Position numbers and translations under genes: made by a program. 64,000 nucleotides of DNA from Antedon mediterranea (lineage: Eukaryota > Animalia > Echinodermata): assembly GCF_964355755.1 (NCBI RefSeq), contig NC_092670.1, positions 7,120,201-7,184,200 on the forward strand, given 5' to 3'. The notes beneath the pieces are model-generated. The model saw only the letters and a program-made list of their open reading frames with translations, made no database searches and was not told where the DNA came from. Position 1 is the stretch's first letter. Each line of letters opens with the position of its first letter. Positions 53,860 to 64,000 of the stretch are shown in pieces.

Positions 53860-54177
53860 TGATTGAAATTTGATTGAAATATATATTTATACTGGGTAAC
53901 CTCTTCAGTCAAAGACTGGTCTCCCAGAGGGCCCAGTTGGTGATCAGTGGCTGTGATGTACTAATACACCGGGGTAACCCCCTACTCGTCTCGAAAGATG
54001 TACTAGGTTCTTTAAAGTGCACACGAGCAAGTTGTGTACACTGGACCTACGGTTTATAGTCCTTATCCGAGAAGACTCGTTCTACCACCAGAACCATGGA
54101 GTGAGTGAGCCTCGAACCCCTGCCGATGTTATGGCTCGTGATTACGGTTCCACTGTCTTAACCGCTCGGCCACTCAC
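53860..54177 (-). mobile_element. DeuSINE inserted in the duplicated Penelope fragment
   Basis: Reverse complement of the 28409 SINE; absent at the paralogous site near 43100. Confidence 0.85.
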
Positions 54178-54348
54178 CTAAACCAAACAAGTGGTTTATT
54201 AGGTTGGAGGGTCAGAAAATTGGCCTCAAATTGTCCCATAAATAAATTTGCAAAAGATGGCGCCATTTTTGTGCCCATCGCTGTGCCATGAATTTGAAGG
54301 TAATGGTCATATATATACTATATTATACAAATAATGTATATCCCACAG

Positions 54349-54603
54349 ATCAAGAAGCTCCAGATATTATCAATTGTCCAATGGATTTGAGAGTTAACAC
54401 GTCTGCTGTTGAGGCATTTGCAATCAATGTCACATGGGTTGAACCTACAGCTACTGATAACTCTGGAGAGACTCCGGTACCAGTAGCAGACTACACTTCT
54501 GGTGATAATATGTTTGAAATTGGGAACACAACAATCCAGTACAATGTCACGGATTCAGCTGGTAACTTTAATGATAGCTGCAGTTTTGTTCTGTATGTTG
54601 AAG
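54349..54603 (+). CDS. HYR exon (type C), duplicate of 43271
   Basis: Two amino-acid differences (T>R, G>E); splice sites intact. Confidence 0.8.
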
Positions 54604-55599
54604 GTAAGAGTGTACCTTATATGACAAAATTAGATTTTATTTTTTTATTTATTCAGGTATAAACACATTTACATTATAATATGCAGCAACAGCTAAATCG
54701 GTTGGATTAAAATAACAAAAAACAAAGCATAAAACAGAGCAAATTATAAGATTCGTGCTAAGTACGGGATTGTTGATTTCCTATACCTTTCAGTACGGCA
54801 TCTGCATCAATCCAATTGTGCAAGTATTGTTCCTTAATCTGAAATTCATATTAGACTTATATTGAGGTAACATATTATCCCAAAATTGTACAGACTTTAA
54901 AAGGCTCTCTCCAAACTTGTGAAGAAGATTTTGTTGTCATTGTTGTGACAATAGAATATTGAAATATTCATTCACAAACCATGAGTACATTAGTTTGTTA
55001 GTAATAATTTCATATTTAGTCTTAACTAACTTTTTATTATCATCAATCGAAAATATCTATATCCTTAATAATTCGTTTCCACTGAATTGGTATTGCCTTG
55101 ATACACAAATAGGTCTACTCATTTTAACCAGTTTTACATTTCAATAGTATTTCGTTCGATGTTAAAAATGTGTTCTCATTAACAATGCCATTAATACGAA
55201 TAATGCCACTGGCAATCCAATGGTTGTAGAAAAACGTTTTTTTAGTTTAACGAAGTGCTTTCCCAAAAGGTGCTCATTCATTATTATAAGTTTCAAGTTA
55301 TTTTTAGAGAATATATAATCTATGTAAGAGTTTATCATACTTTTTTTGTAAAACAGTGGAATATCATCGGAATAAACATAAATAATTCTAGAACATTAAA
55401 TATTAAGTAAAATATTAACATCACATATTTTTTTTAAATAATAATACATTGAAATGGTTTTCCATTGAGCACCATCATTGTTCCTAATTCTTTTTAACCA
55501 GCCATGTAGTGGATGGCTAGCCTTGTTACAATTTGAGCTACAGTAATGTTGTTAAGTCAAATGCAATTTATTTTGGTAATAGATAAGATTCAGATTTAG

Positions 55600-55668
55600 A
55601 TTCAGAAAATCTGGATATTATAGAGTGTCCAATTGGTATGATTGTTAACACAACAACTGAAGAAAAGG
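55600..55668 (+). pseudogene. Truncated type-C HYR exon remnant
   Basis: DSENLDIIECPIGMIVNTTT fused directly to downstream intron sequence. Confidence 0.6.
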
Positions 55669-55729
55669 TACAGTTATATGGTTATGTCAAATTTAATTTC
55701 ATCATACCTTTTATTTATTTTGTGAACAG

Positions 55730-56014
55730 ATAATGAAAGTCCAACGATTGACTGCCCAGCAAATGTCACTTCTAACAATTACATCGGAGAAGGGTATGGA
55801 CTAGTAAATGTCAGCACAGATATAGGAAGTCCAAATGCCACTGTCACCTGGGATCCTCCTGTGACAAGTGACAATAGTGGTGGACTTGTTACTATAATGT
55901 CGTCATCTTTTGATTCTGGTGACATGATACCATATGGTACTCACACAATCACTTTTACAGCAACTGATCCTTATGGCAATAGTGACACCTGTGTCTTTGG
56001 CCTCAAGGTTGAAG
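55730..56014 (+). CDS. HYR exon (type A)
   Basis: 285 nt, open, phase 1-1. Confidence 0.85.
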
Positions 56015-56657
56015 GTAAATTATATATCTTTTAAATTTGAGCAATTAGAAATTCAGGACGAATTTTATTTCATTGTTATACTATTACATATCGTAAATGT
56101 AATTGTGAATTGTGAATAAATGTCTAACTGTTACCAATATCTACTTTTTTTTTAAACCAGGGTAGCCCAATCAGTCAAAACGACTCTTTTGCCTTTGGTT
56201 GTTATGTACAAACTAAGAGTACTAAACAGAAAGTGGTCTATATTTATTTACATTATGAAACTTACGTGTGCCGCTCTGTACAACATAAACATTCTTATTT
56301 ATTTTGATGTTCAATATAATAAAAGATGACAAGATTATATATATTTTTTTGTAATATTTGTTACCTTGATTTTCAGTGTTGCTCTTTTTATATGGTGACA
56401 TAATATACACCTATTTTTGTATCTGTTAAATTAATTGTTTCTCTGCAAAATTGTTTATTTATATGGAATATATAATATTACTATAAATGAATTTCAGCAT
56501 TAATTGTACTAAATACGTCAGTACTACACTAAGTTTTTTTTTTTTACATATAATAATATTTTTTCATGTATTCAACTCCCAACATGATAAATATGTTTAA
56601 TAAGATTTTCAATATTTATTAATTCTTGTATTTCATTTCCATTTTATTACTAAATAG

Positions 56658-56906
56658 ACAATGAGGATCCTGTCTTGGTTTGTCCACCTAATATTACAAC
56701 TACTACAGCAGATGGTTCAAATCAAGCACTCAATGTCAGCTGGACTGATCCAATAGTAATTGACAATTCTGGTGAAGATATAAAACCAACGTCCAAGTAC
56801 TATCCTGGAAATAATGAATTCGATATTGGTAGAACTGATGTTATATATGATTCATTTGATAGTTCACGCAATTCAGCAACTTGTACCTTTACTGTAACTG
56901 TTATTG
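56658..56906 (+). CDS. HYR exon (type B)
   Basis: DNEDPVLVCPPNIT..WTDPIVIDNSG; 249 nt, phase 1-1. Confidence 0.85.
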
Positions 56907-57041
56907 GTAAGTTTGACATGTATACTCCTAATGTAACTCGATTATCTGAATATGATTGTATATTATTACTAACTACTACTTGGTATTATTATATTATCAC
57001 TAAAATCATTATAAATTATATTTATTTTCTTCATCTTTTAG

Positions 57042-57296
57042 ATCCCGAAGCTCCAGATATTATAGGTTGTACAATTGGTATGATTTTTAACACAACAACT
57101 GGTGAGGCATTTGCAATCAATGTCACATGGATGGAACCAACAGCTATTGATAACTCTGGAGAGACTCCTGTCCCAGTAGCAGACTACAGTTCTGATGATA
57201 ATATGTTTCCAATTGGTGACACAACAGTCCAGTACAATGTCTCAGATTCAGCTGGTAACTTTAATGATAGCTGCAATTTTGTAATCATTGTTGAGG
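57042..57296 (+). CDS. HYR exon (type C)
   Basis: 255 nt, open, phase 1-1. Confidence 0.85.
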
Positions 57297-57387
57297 GTAA
57301 GTGGCTGTACTTTCTAGAAGAAAATGTACAGTTATGTGGTTATGTTAAATTTAATTTCATCATACCTTTTATTTATTTTGTGAATAG

Positions 57388-57672
57388 ATAATGAAAGTCC
57401 AATGATTGACTGCCCAACAAATGTCACTTCAAACAATTACATCGGAGTAGGGTATGAACTAGTAAATGTTAGCACAGATATAGGAAGTCCAAATGCCACT
57501 GTCACGTGGGATCCTCCTGAGACAAGTGACAATAGTGGTAGACTTGTGACTGTAATGTCTTCATCTTTCGAGTCTGGTGACATGATACCATATGGTACTC
57601 ACACAATCACTTTTACAGCAACTGATTCTTATGGAAATATTGACACCTGTGACTTTGGCCTCAATGTTGAAG
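57388..57672 (+). CDS. HYR exon (type A)
   Basis: 285 nt, open, phase 1-1. Confidence 0.85.
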
Positions 57673-58114
57673 GTAAATTAATAGAATCCTAACTTGAAAG
57701 TTGAATAATTTAGAAAACACAGGAATTAATTTGAAATACAACTTAAATGAACAACAGCCAATCAGTGATGATGCCTTGGCCTTACAATCATCATTAACGG
57801 ATGAACTCACAATCGTGCTCGTTAATAATTCTTCAGCAGTTTCAAAGAAAACTATAATTGTAATACGTATCATTAATTATTTTGTTTGTTTACACTTTTC
57901 ATATAGTAATTATGATAATAATGTAATGACTTGTTTAATTTTTCTTTATATAGTAATTTGAGAAAACGTATGCCAACATTGTTTTTCGCAACCAGGAATC
58001 AACTATATTATGTGGAAAGAAGGACATTTTTATTCCATTCTATAATTAAAAATATTATGTAATATGATTTTAGCATTAGTAATTATTGTTTATTTATATT
58101 TTATTATTAAATAG

Positions 58115-58363
58115 ATAATGAGGATCCAGTTTTGGTTTGTCCACCTAATATTACAACTATTACAGCAGATAGTTCAGATCAAGCAGTCAATGTTACCTGG
58201 ACTGACCCAATAGTAAATGACAATTCTGGTGAAGATATAACACCAACGTCCAAGTACAATCCTGGAAATAATGAATTTTATATTGGCATCATTGATGTTA
58301 TGTATGATGCAGTTGATAGTTCAGGCAATGCAGCAACATGTACCTTTACAATTTCAGTTACTG
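58115..58363 (+). CDS. HYR exon (type B)
   Basis: 249 nt, open, phase 1-1. Confidence 0.85.
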
Positions 58364-58532
58364 GTAAGTATACATTGTCTCTTCTTGCTCCCTTCTCCTT
58401 CCTGCTGAAGTATCAACACTTAATAATATGTTAATTATTGTATAATGCATTTTAACCATAATCTTCTTCAATCATTGGGTATCATTTTTACTATAGATAT
58501 AATTAATCATAATTATTATCTTCATGGTTTAG

Positions 58533-58600
58533 ATTCAGAAAATCTGGATATTATAGAGTGTCCAATTGGTATGATTGTTAACACAACAACTGAAGAAAAG
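58533..58600 (+). pseudogene. Truncated type-C HYR exon remnant
   Basis: Same deletion as the remnant at 55600. Confidence 0.6.
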
Positions 58601-58662
58601 GTACAGTTATATGGTTATGTCAAATTTAATTTCATCATACCTTTTATTTATTTTGTGAACAG

Positions 58663-58947
58663 ATAATGAAAGTCCAACGATTGACTGTCCAGCAAATGTC
58701 ACTTCTAACAATTACATCGGAGAAGGGTATGGACTAGTAAATGTCAGCACAGATATAGGAAGTCCAAATGCCACTGTCACCTGGGATCCTCTAGTGACAA
58801 GTGACAATAGTGGTGGACTTGTTACTGTAATGTCGTCATCTTTCGAGTCTGGTGACATGATACCATATGGAACTCACACTATCATATTTACAGCAAGTGA
58901 TTCTTTTGGCAATATTGACACATGCGACTTTGGTCTCCAAGTAGAAG
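58663..58947 (+). CDS. HYR exon (type A)
   Basis: 285 nt, open, phase 1-1. Confidence 0.85.
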
Positions 58948-59236
58948 GTAAATATAAACCTCATTATTTAGTTTGAACTACTTTTCTTGAACATCAGGAT
59001 TTGTATTATGGTAAATGTAATACAAAAGGTTTAATTTTGCATTTACAAATACATTATATTTTTTTTTGCAAATTACTTGCCTTTATAATGATATATAACT
59101 GTTACTATTCTGTATGTACAGCTGGCGCTGGAGTGGTTCTGTCCTACTCTAATAAAAGTGTAATGTTCTTAAATTATAATAATTACTAAGTATGATAAGC
59201 TTTAATTTGTGTGTGTTTTACTTAATTATTAAATAG

Positions 59237-59485
59237 ATAATGAGAATCCTGTCTTGGTCTGTCCACCTGATGTTACAAGTAATACAGCAGATGGTTCAAA
59301 TCATGCGTTATATGTCAACTGGACTTATCCAATAGTAATTGACAATTCTGGTGAAGATATAACACCAACGTCCAAGTACAATCCTGGAAATAATGAATTT
59401 GATATTGGCAGCACTTATGTTATATATGATTCAGTTGATAGTTCAGGCAATGCAGCAACATGTACCTTTATTGTTACTGTTACTG
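59237..59485 (+). CDS. HYR exon (type B)
   Basis: 249 nt, open, phase 1-1. Confidence 0.85.
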
Positions 59486-59663
59486 GTAATTATAACTAGT
59501 CTCTCCTCTTCCCTGCCACTGAGAAGTGTCAAATTTAACTCAATAATATTTAAATTATGGTATAAATACATGTTTTACCCCGATCTTCTTCACTGGGTAT
59601 TATTATTATCATTGTTAGGCATAACATAAATTATACATTTAAATTAATATCATCATGTTTTAG

Positions 59664-59918
59664 ATCCAGAAGCTCCAGGTATTATAGATTGTCCAATTGG
59701 TGGGATTGTTAATACAACAACTGGTGCGGCATTTGCCATCAATGTCACATGGGTGGAACCGACAGCTACTGATAACTCTGGAGAGACTCCTGTACCAGTA
59801 GCAGACTACACTTCTAGTGATAACATGTTTGCAATTGGCAAAACAACAGTCCAGTACAATGTCTCAGATTCAGCTGGTAACCTTAATGCTAGCTGCAGTT
59901 TTGTTATCACTGTTCAAG
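59664..59918 (+). CDS. HYR exon (type C)
   Basis: 255 nt, open, phase 1-1. Confidence 0.85.
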
Positions 59919-60911
59919 GTAAGAATGCACCTTATAATAATACTGCCCATATGGAACTATAGTAATAATTTAAAACATATGACTCGATAACTCATATAAT
60001 ATATAATGAACAATAGCATGCAGAAACTGATTTCTTTGTAAAATATTTTCTGATATTTATTTCAAAAACTATTACGTTGCTTATTTCTATTATTAACATA
60101 ATTAGTTATAAAATGTATGAACAGTTGTAGTTCTATTTACGATTATAAATTCTTGTTTTTGCTGTTGTATTTTGAAATATATAATGAGGATCTATTCTTT
60201 ATCTCTTTATATTAGGTCAGTACCTAATCCTAATTCACCATCACCATCATGTTTCATTGCCTGTCATATCCGAAAGTGTATTATTCTTCTACAAAGCATT
60301 GGCCTAAGACCGTCTAGACCAAAAGTGTATGGCTTTCGCTCTCTGCGGGTACAATCAATTATTCCAGGCTACGATTGTGTACTGCATAGTTTACGGGAGG
60401 TCTTTTGATATCCATATTTGATGCTTTCTAATAATATAGGAACTCGGTTTAGGAGAGCACGCGTCATCAAAACTACATTATGTTAGGCATTATAGATCTG
60501 CTCTAGTCATTATAGTTTAATCTGTATAATTTTAATGTTGTTTTAATCAAATAAATACATACATAAATACATTGACAGATCAATCAAGAAACTGCATAAA
60601 GGTGTGGTTTGAAATTAATCATTCTTTGTGTATGACATTTTTTTATTTTACATTATTCTCTTTTCACCTGTATTTGTTTGTTGACGAATCCAGACTACCT
60701 TTTGCATTTTGAATGTTCTATCATGTTGATATTAATTTATTTAATTAATTCTACCTCAATTTCCAGTTTCACGTCATACTGCGCGCGGTACATTCAGATA
60801 TTATATCATGGCTCTGGGACGATAGAGCATAAAGCATAGCACTAGAATACTTTTACGTTATAAGTTATACATATGAATATGAACAGTTACCACATGGTTT
60901 GTTTTCATTAG

Positions 60912-61154
60912 ATGTGCAAGATCCAGAATTCAAATTTTGTCCTGATAGCATTTTCACAGAAACTGGTCATAGGTCATCTACTGCACGTGTAAGTTGGAAA
61001 ACTCCAGAAATTGAAGATAACTCGGGTCAAGTGTCACTAGTTGCTTCAATGAGTCCTGGTAGTTCGTTTAATATTGGAACCACGTCTGTTGTATATACTG
61101 CTAGTGATAACAGCAATAACATGAACAAATGTGAATTTAATGTTACGGTGGAAG
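60912..61154 (+). CDS. HYR exon
   Basis: DVQDPEFKFCP..VSWKTPEIEDNSG..FNIGTTSVVYTASD..CEFNVTVE; 243 nt. Confidence 0.88.
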
Positions 61155-61555
61155 GTAACTTGGAATAATCAGTTTTTATTTATTTTTTTATTTGGTGTAT
61201 AATTAATAAAAGATTATAAGTAACTGTACTTAATAAATATTTATAATTACCTAATATTTAATCTGTCCAGCCTAAAATAAGATCTAGAATGCAAATAACT
61301 TTAGCAGATTAGTTTTGAATTGCAACAGTCATACAAGGACAACCTAACAACATCGCGCCAACTACTTTACCAACAATCTTTCCCTAAATAGACTGGAAAC
61401 AAATAATATAATGGAAGGCGTCGGTAGACGTAATATGTTAAGATACAATCAGTCCAATGGCTTTTAAATGTCTCAATCCCGTAGTAAATGTTGCAAATGT
61501 CTTTATAATATTCTTTTTCAGCCTCAGATGAAGATTTTTTTATAAATTTTTGTAG

Positions 61556-61795
61556 ATAAAGAATCACCGGTTTTAGAGTGTCCTGATGACATCATTGCTA
61601 TAGCACCTACCCCATCTGGAATTGCCATTGCTTGGCCAGACCCTAGGTATATTGATAATTCAGGAAAATCTGTTATATTAAGTTCAAAAAGTAATTCTGG
61701 AGATATATTTACTTTTGGGACGCATACCGTAATTTATACTGGATTTGACCAATCGGAAAACAGTGGTACATGTCAATTTGAAATAAAAATAGGAG
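61556..61795 (+). CDS. HYR exon with a GC donor
   Basis: DKESPVLECPDDI..WPDPRYIDNSG..FGTHTVIYTGFDQSENSGTCQFEIKIG; 240 nt; donor AG|GCAAGT. Confidence 0.8.
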
Positions 61796-61867
61796 GCAAG
61801 TATTTTTGTTAATGATTTATTTGATCATGAATGTGGAATGTATCAAACAATTGATTTTTGCAGAAAA

Positions 61868-61933
<66 letters not shown>
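61868..61933. repeat. (TAC)n microsatellite, about 22 units
   Basis: Directly visible. Confidence 0.95.
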
Positions 61934-61935
<2 letters not shown>

Positions 61936-62236
61936 AAAATTAACTATATTATACTATGTTTTCTCACTCTGCAATACAAATAGTATAGTATGTAGTATAG
62001 TATAGTATGGGTATTGTGTAACTAACCCAATTGGGAACAACACCCAGAAAAACTGGTGAAGAATGGAAATCAAAAGTTCTTTGTAATAAATAACTAAATG
62101 AATGTGTTGCTCGCGTAGAGCGTTTTGGCTAGCATTTACATTTGAATATAGTAACAAATCAGTAAAACATTAGGAGGTTGTCGACTAGGAGTACTACTAG
62201 CTGTACTGCACATATAACTTGTTTTTTTTATTACAG

Positions 62237-62350
62237 ATTCGTGTACTTCTTCACCATGTCAAAATGGAGGAACTTGTGTACAATTAGAAACGAGCTTTGC
62301 ATGTAACTGTCCTGTGTTATATGAAGGCAACTTATGTCAAATACTACCAG
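62237..62350 (+). CDS. EGF-like domain exon
   Basis: SCTSSPCQNGGTCVQLETSFACNCPVLYEGNLCQ; 114 nt, phase 1-1. Confidence 0.9.
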
Positions 62351-62497
62351 GTATTTAAACTGTGCATTTTGTTAATTTCTCAAAGGTCAGATCTTGGCTT
62401 ATTATTGGATTAGGACATGCAGGAATGATATAAATGATACAATTAATACATCGTTTGTACATTAATCATATTATATGTATTATACTTTATAATTTAG

Positions 62498-62764
62498 GTG
62501 AACCAACAGCAGAAATTCAACCTTTATCACTGAGTGCTAATTTAAAAAATACAGTCACTTTCCAATGTATTGTAACTTACTCAATTGATTGGCGTTGGTA
62601 TAAAGACGACGTCGAACTCCCATCTGAAACAAAAAGCCTAAAGTTCCTCACAATTAATGAAGTTGGTCTGGCAAACCAAGGCTATTATTATTGCAAAGCA
62701 TTTGGAGTATCGCCACATAATGACGTAACAGTCATATCAATGAAGGCAGCGCTTGTTGTTGCAG
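62498..62764 (+). CDS. Immunoglobulin (I-set-like) domain exon
   Basis: VTFQC..WRWYKD..LTINEV..NQGYYYC; 267 nt, phase 1-1. Confidence 0.88.
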
Positions 62765-63102
62765 GTAAACGTAATTCAATATTTATATGTAAACGAATAG
62801 TGATCCAAATGCAAAATAGGCACAGTTGGAATGGAATTAAAAGATCTTTAGACAAATTTTCTTAAAGTAAACTGCACTCAACTCAATTGAATTACTTTGG
62901 TATACTTCCATCTAATCGTTATGACCATGAAGAATGTATGACTAGTGCAGCTACTGTATCTGTATTCATTTCGTTGTGGTGTATTGAGGTCTAGACTTCG
63001 TATCAGAAAAACTGATATTGTATGTATGTGTATATGGAACATGCTGATTTCAATGTTACATTAAATAATTTATTATAATATTATGTTTCTATTAATCCAA
63101 AG

Positions 63103-63215
63103 ATGCGTTTACTGTACCAACAGTATTAACTTTCAAGAATTTACAATTTACGTCTGCATTAAACACCCCTTCCTCGGAAGAATTCAAAAACACTTCAACT
63201 GAAATTGAAAACTTG
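63103..63215 (+). CDS. SEA domain exon a
   Basis: LTFKNLQFTSALNTPSSEEFKNTSTEIENL; phase 1-0. Confidence 0.75.
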
Positions 63216-63488
63216 GTAGGTTTTGTTAAACAATTTAGAAAAGTCGTTATCTGTATTTTGACCATCCAACCCCACCTCCTCTTCTCTAAAAAAATCATAC
63301 AAATACTATGGTCTGTTGCTACCAACAGGCAATAACTATTTAAGTATTCATTTTGGACTGTGTAGTTTTGACATGATAAACACCTATAACCTTATTTTTC
63401 ACAGTAGTGGTGTAAACATAAATGCATAACCATTCCGAATTACAAAACAATTTTGTTTTATGAACTTATTATTTTTTCTTGTTTTCAG

Positions 63489-63690
63489 TTAACTGAGAGT
63501 ATAAGTATAACTGATATATTTGTTCAAGTTCGTACACTACGTTCTGGGAGTGTGATTGCTAACATCAACATATATAAACCAAGTGCAGACCAAAGTTACA
63601 ATAATTTCAGCAAAAGTTTATCAGGAGAATTTAAAATAATAGGAGATAAAGGAGTTATAGATGCTGATAATATTGTCATATTTAGCACGG
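63489..63690 (+). CDS. SEA domain exon b
   Basis: VQVRTLRSGSVIANINI carries the GSVV-type motif; phase 0-1. Confidence 0.8.
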
Positions 63691-63950
63691 GTAAAACATG
63701 TTTAAAAGAGATTTTAAATTACTTGACATGTGACTTCTCGTTTCCATTCTGATTCAGAATTGTTTCCCAATAGATGGATAGCATTTTATAAGATAAACAA
63801 AATATTATGATAACCTTTATTTCGTATCCTCTCCCTCGGTATCAACCATTTGTATAAATTAAACACTTACATTACTAATTGTTTATTTTAATGTTTTTTT
63901 AGATTATTTTAATCAATATTAAGCCTGTATACATTGTTTTTATTCATTAG

Positions 63951-64000
63951 AGAGTTGCAATGTACAGATAATAGATGGATTAACATTTGGGCCTGCTGAT
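63951..64000 (+). CDS. Start of next exon, possibly HormR/HRM domain (ESCNVQIIDGLTFGPAD...)
   Basis: cattag acceptor, phase 1, open to the window edge; domain call rests on 17 aa only. Confidence 0.45.

Larger units (their letters stand above)
50910..55582 (+). repeat. Patchwork intragenic duplication of 10240-11750, 14190-14472 and 42880-44503
   Basis: Colinear near-identical blocks visible by eye. Confidence 0.85.
4211..64000 (+). other. Gene 2 span: large multi-exon mosaic cell-surface protein, probable adhesion GPCR (3' part outside the window)
   Basis: About 35 colinear + strand exons with AG/GT sites and compatible phases: SP, 14 HYR, 2 SMB, 3 CUB, MAM, 3 LDLa, EGF, Ig, SEA, HormR-like start. 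Connectivity into one transcript is inferred. Confidence 0.7.

Overview
AT-rich, intron-containing animal genomic DNA, not prokaryotic. HYR (hyalin) repeats and Deu-domain SINEs suggest an invertebrate deuterostome, probably an echinoderm (inference). The window holds the last two coding exons of a class B/adhesion GPCR (308-1249, +). About 3 kb downstream begins a very large + strand mosaic gene that runs off the right edge. Its inferred order is signal peptide, HYR, SMB, CUB, [CUB-MAM-LDLa-LDLa-CUB-LDLa], HYR x2, SMB, HYR x11, EGF, Ig, SEA and a possible HormR start, probably a second adhesion GPCR. Nearly all its exons are symmetric phase 1-1. The introns are packed with transposons: RTE and another APE-RT LINE, Penelope, DeuSINEs, Helitrons, Helentron/DINE-1-like HINEs, and hAT-, Harbinger-, Merlin-, Kolobok-, Academ- and IS3EU-like TIR elements. 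The main finding is that the seven intact exons of the bracketed cassette (1536 nt, 512 aa) lie inside a nest of transposons. The outer element is a 24 kb hAT bounded by an exact 8-bp TSD (ctgcctag, 14943-14950 and 38964-38971), with Helentron-type elements inside it. This looks like rolling-circle-mediated capture of an exon cassette into a receptor ectodomain. All exon boundaries and TE family names were assigned by eye, without alignment or database searches.
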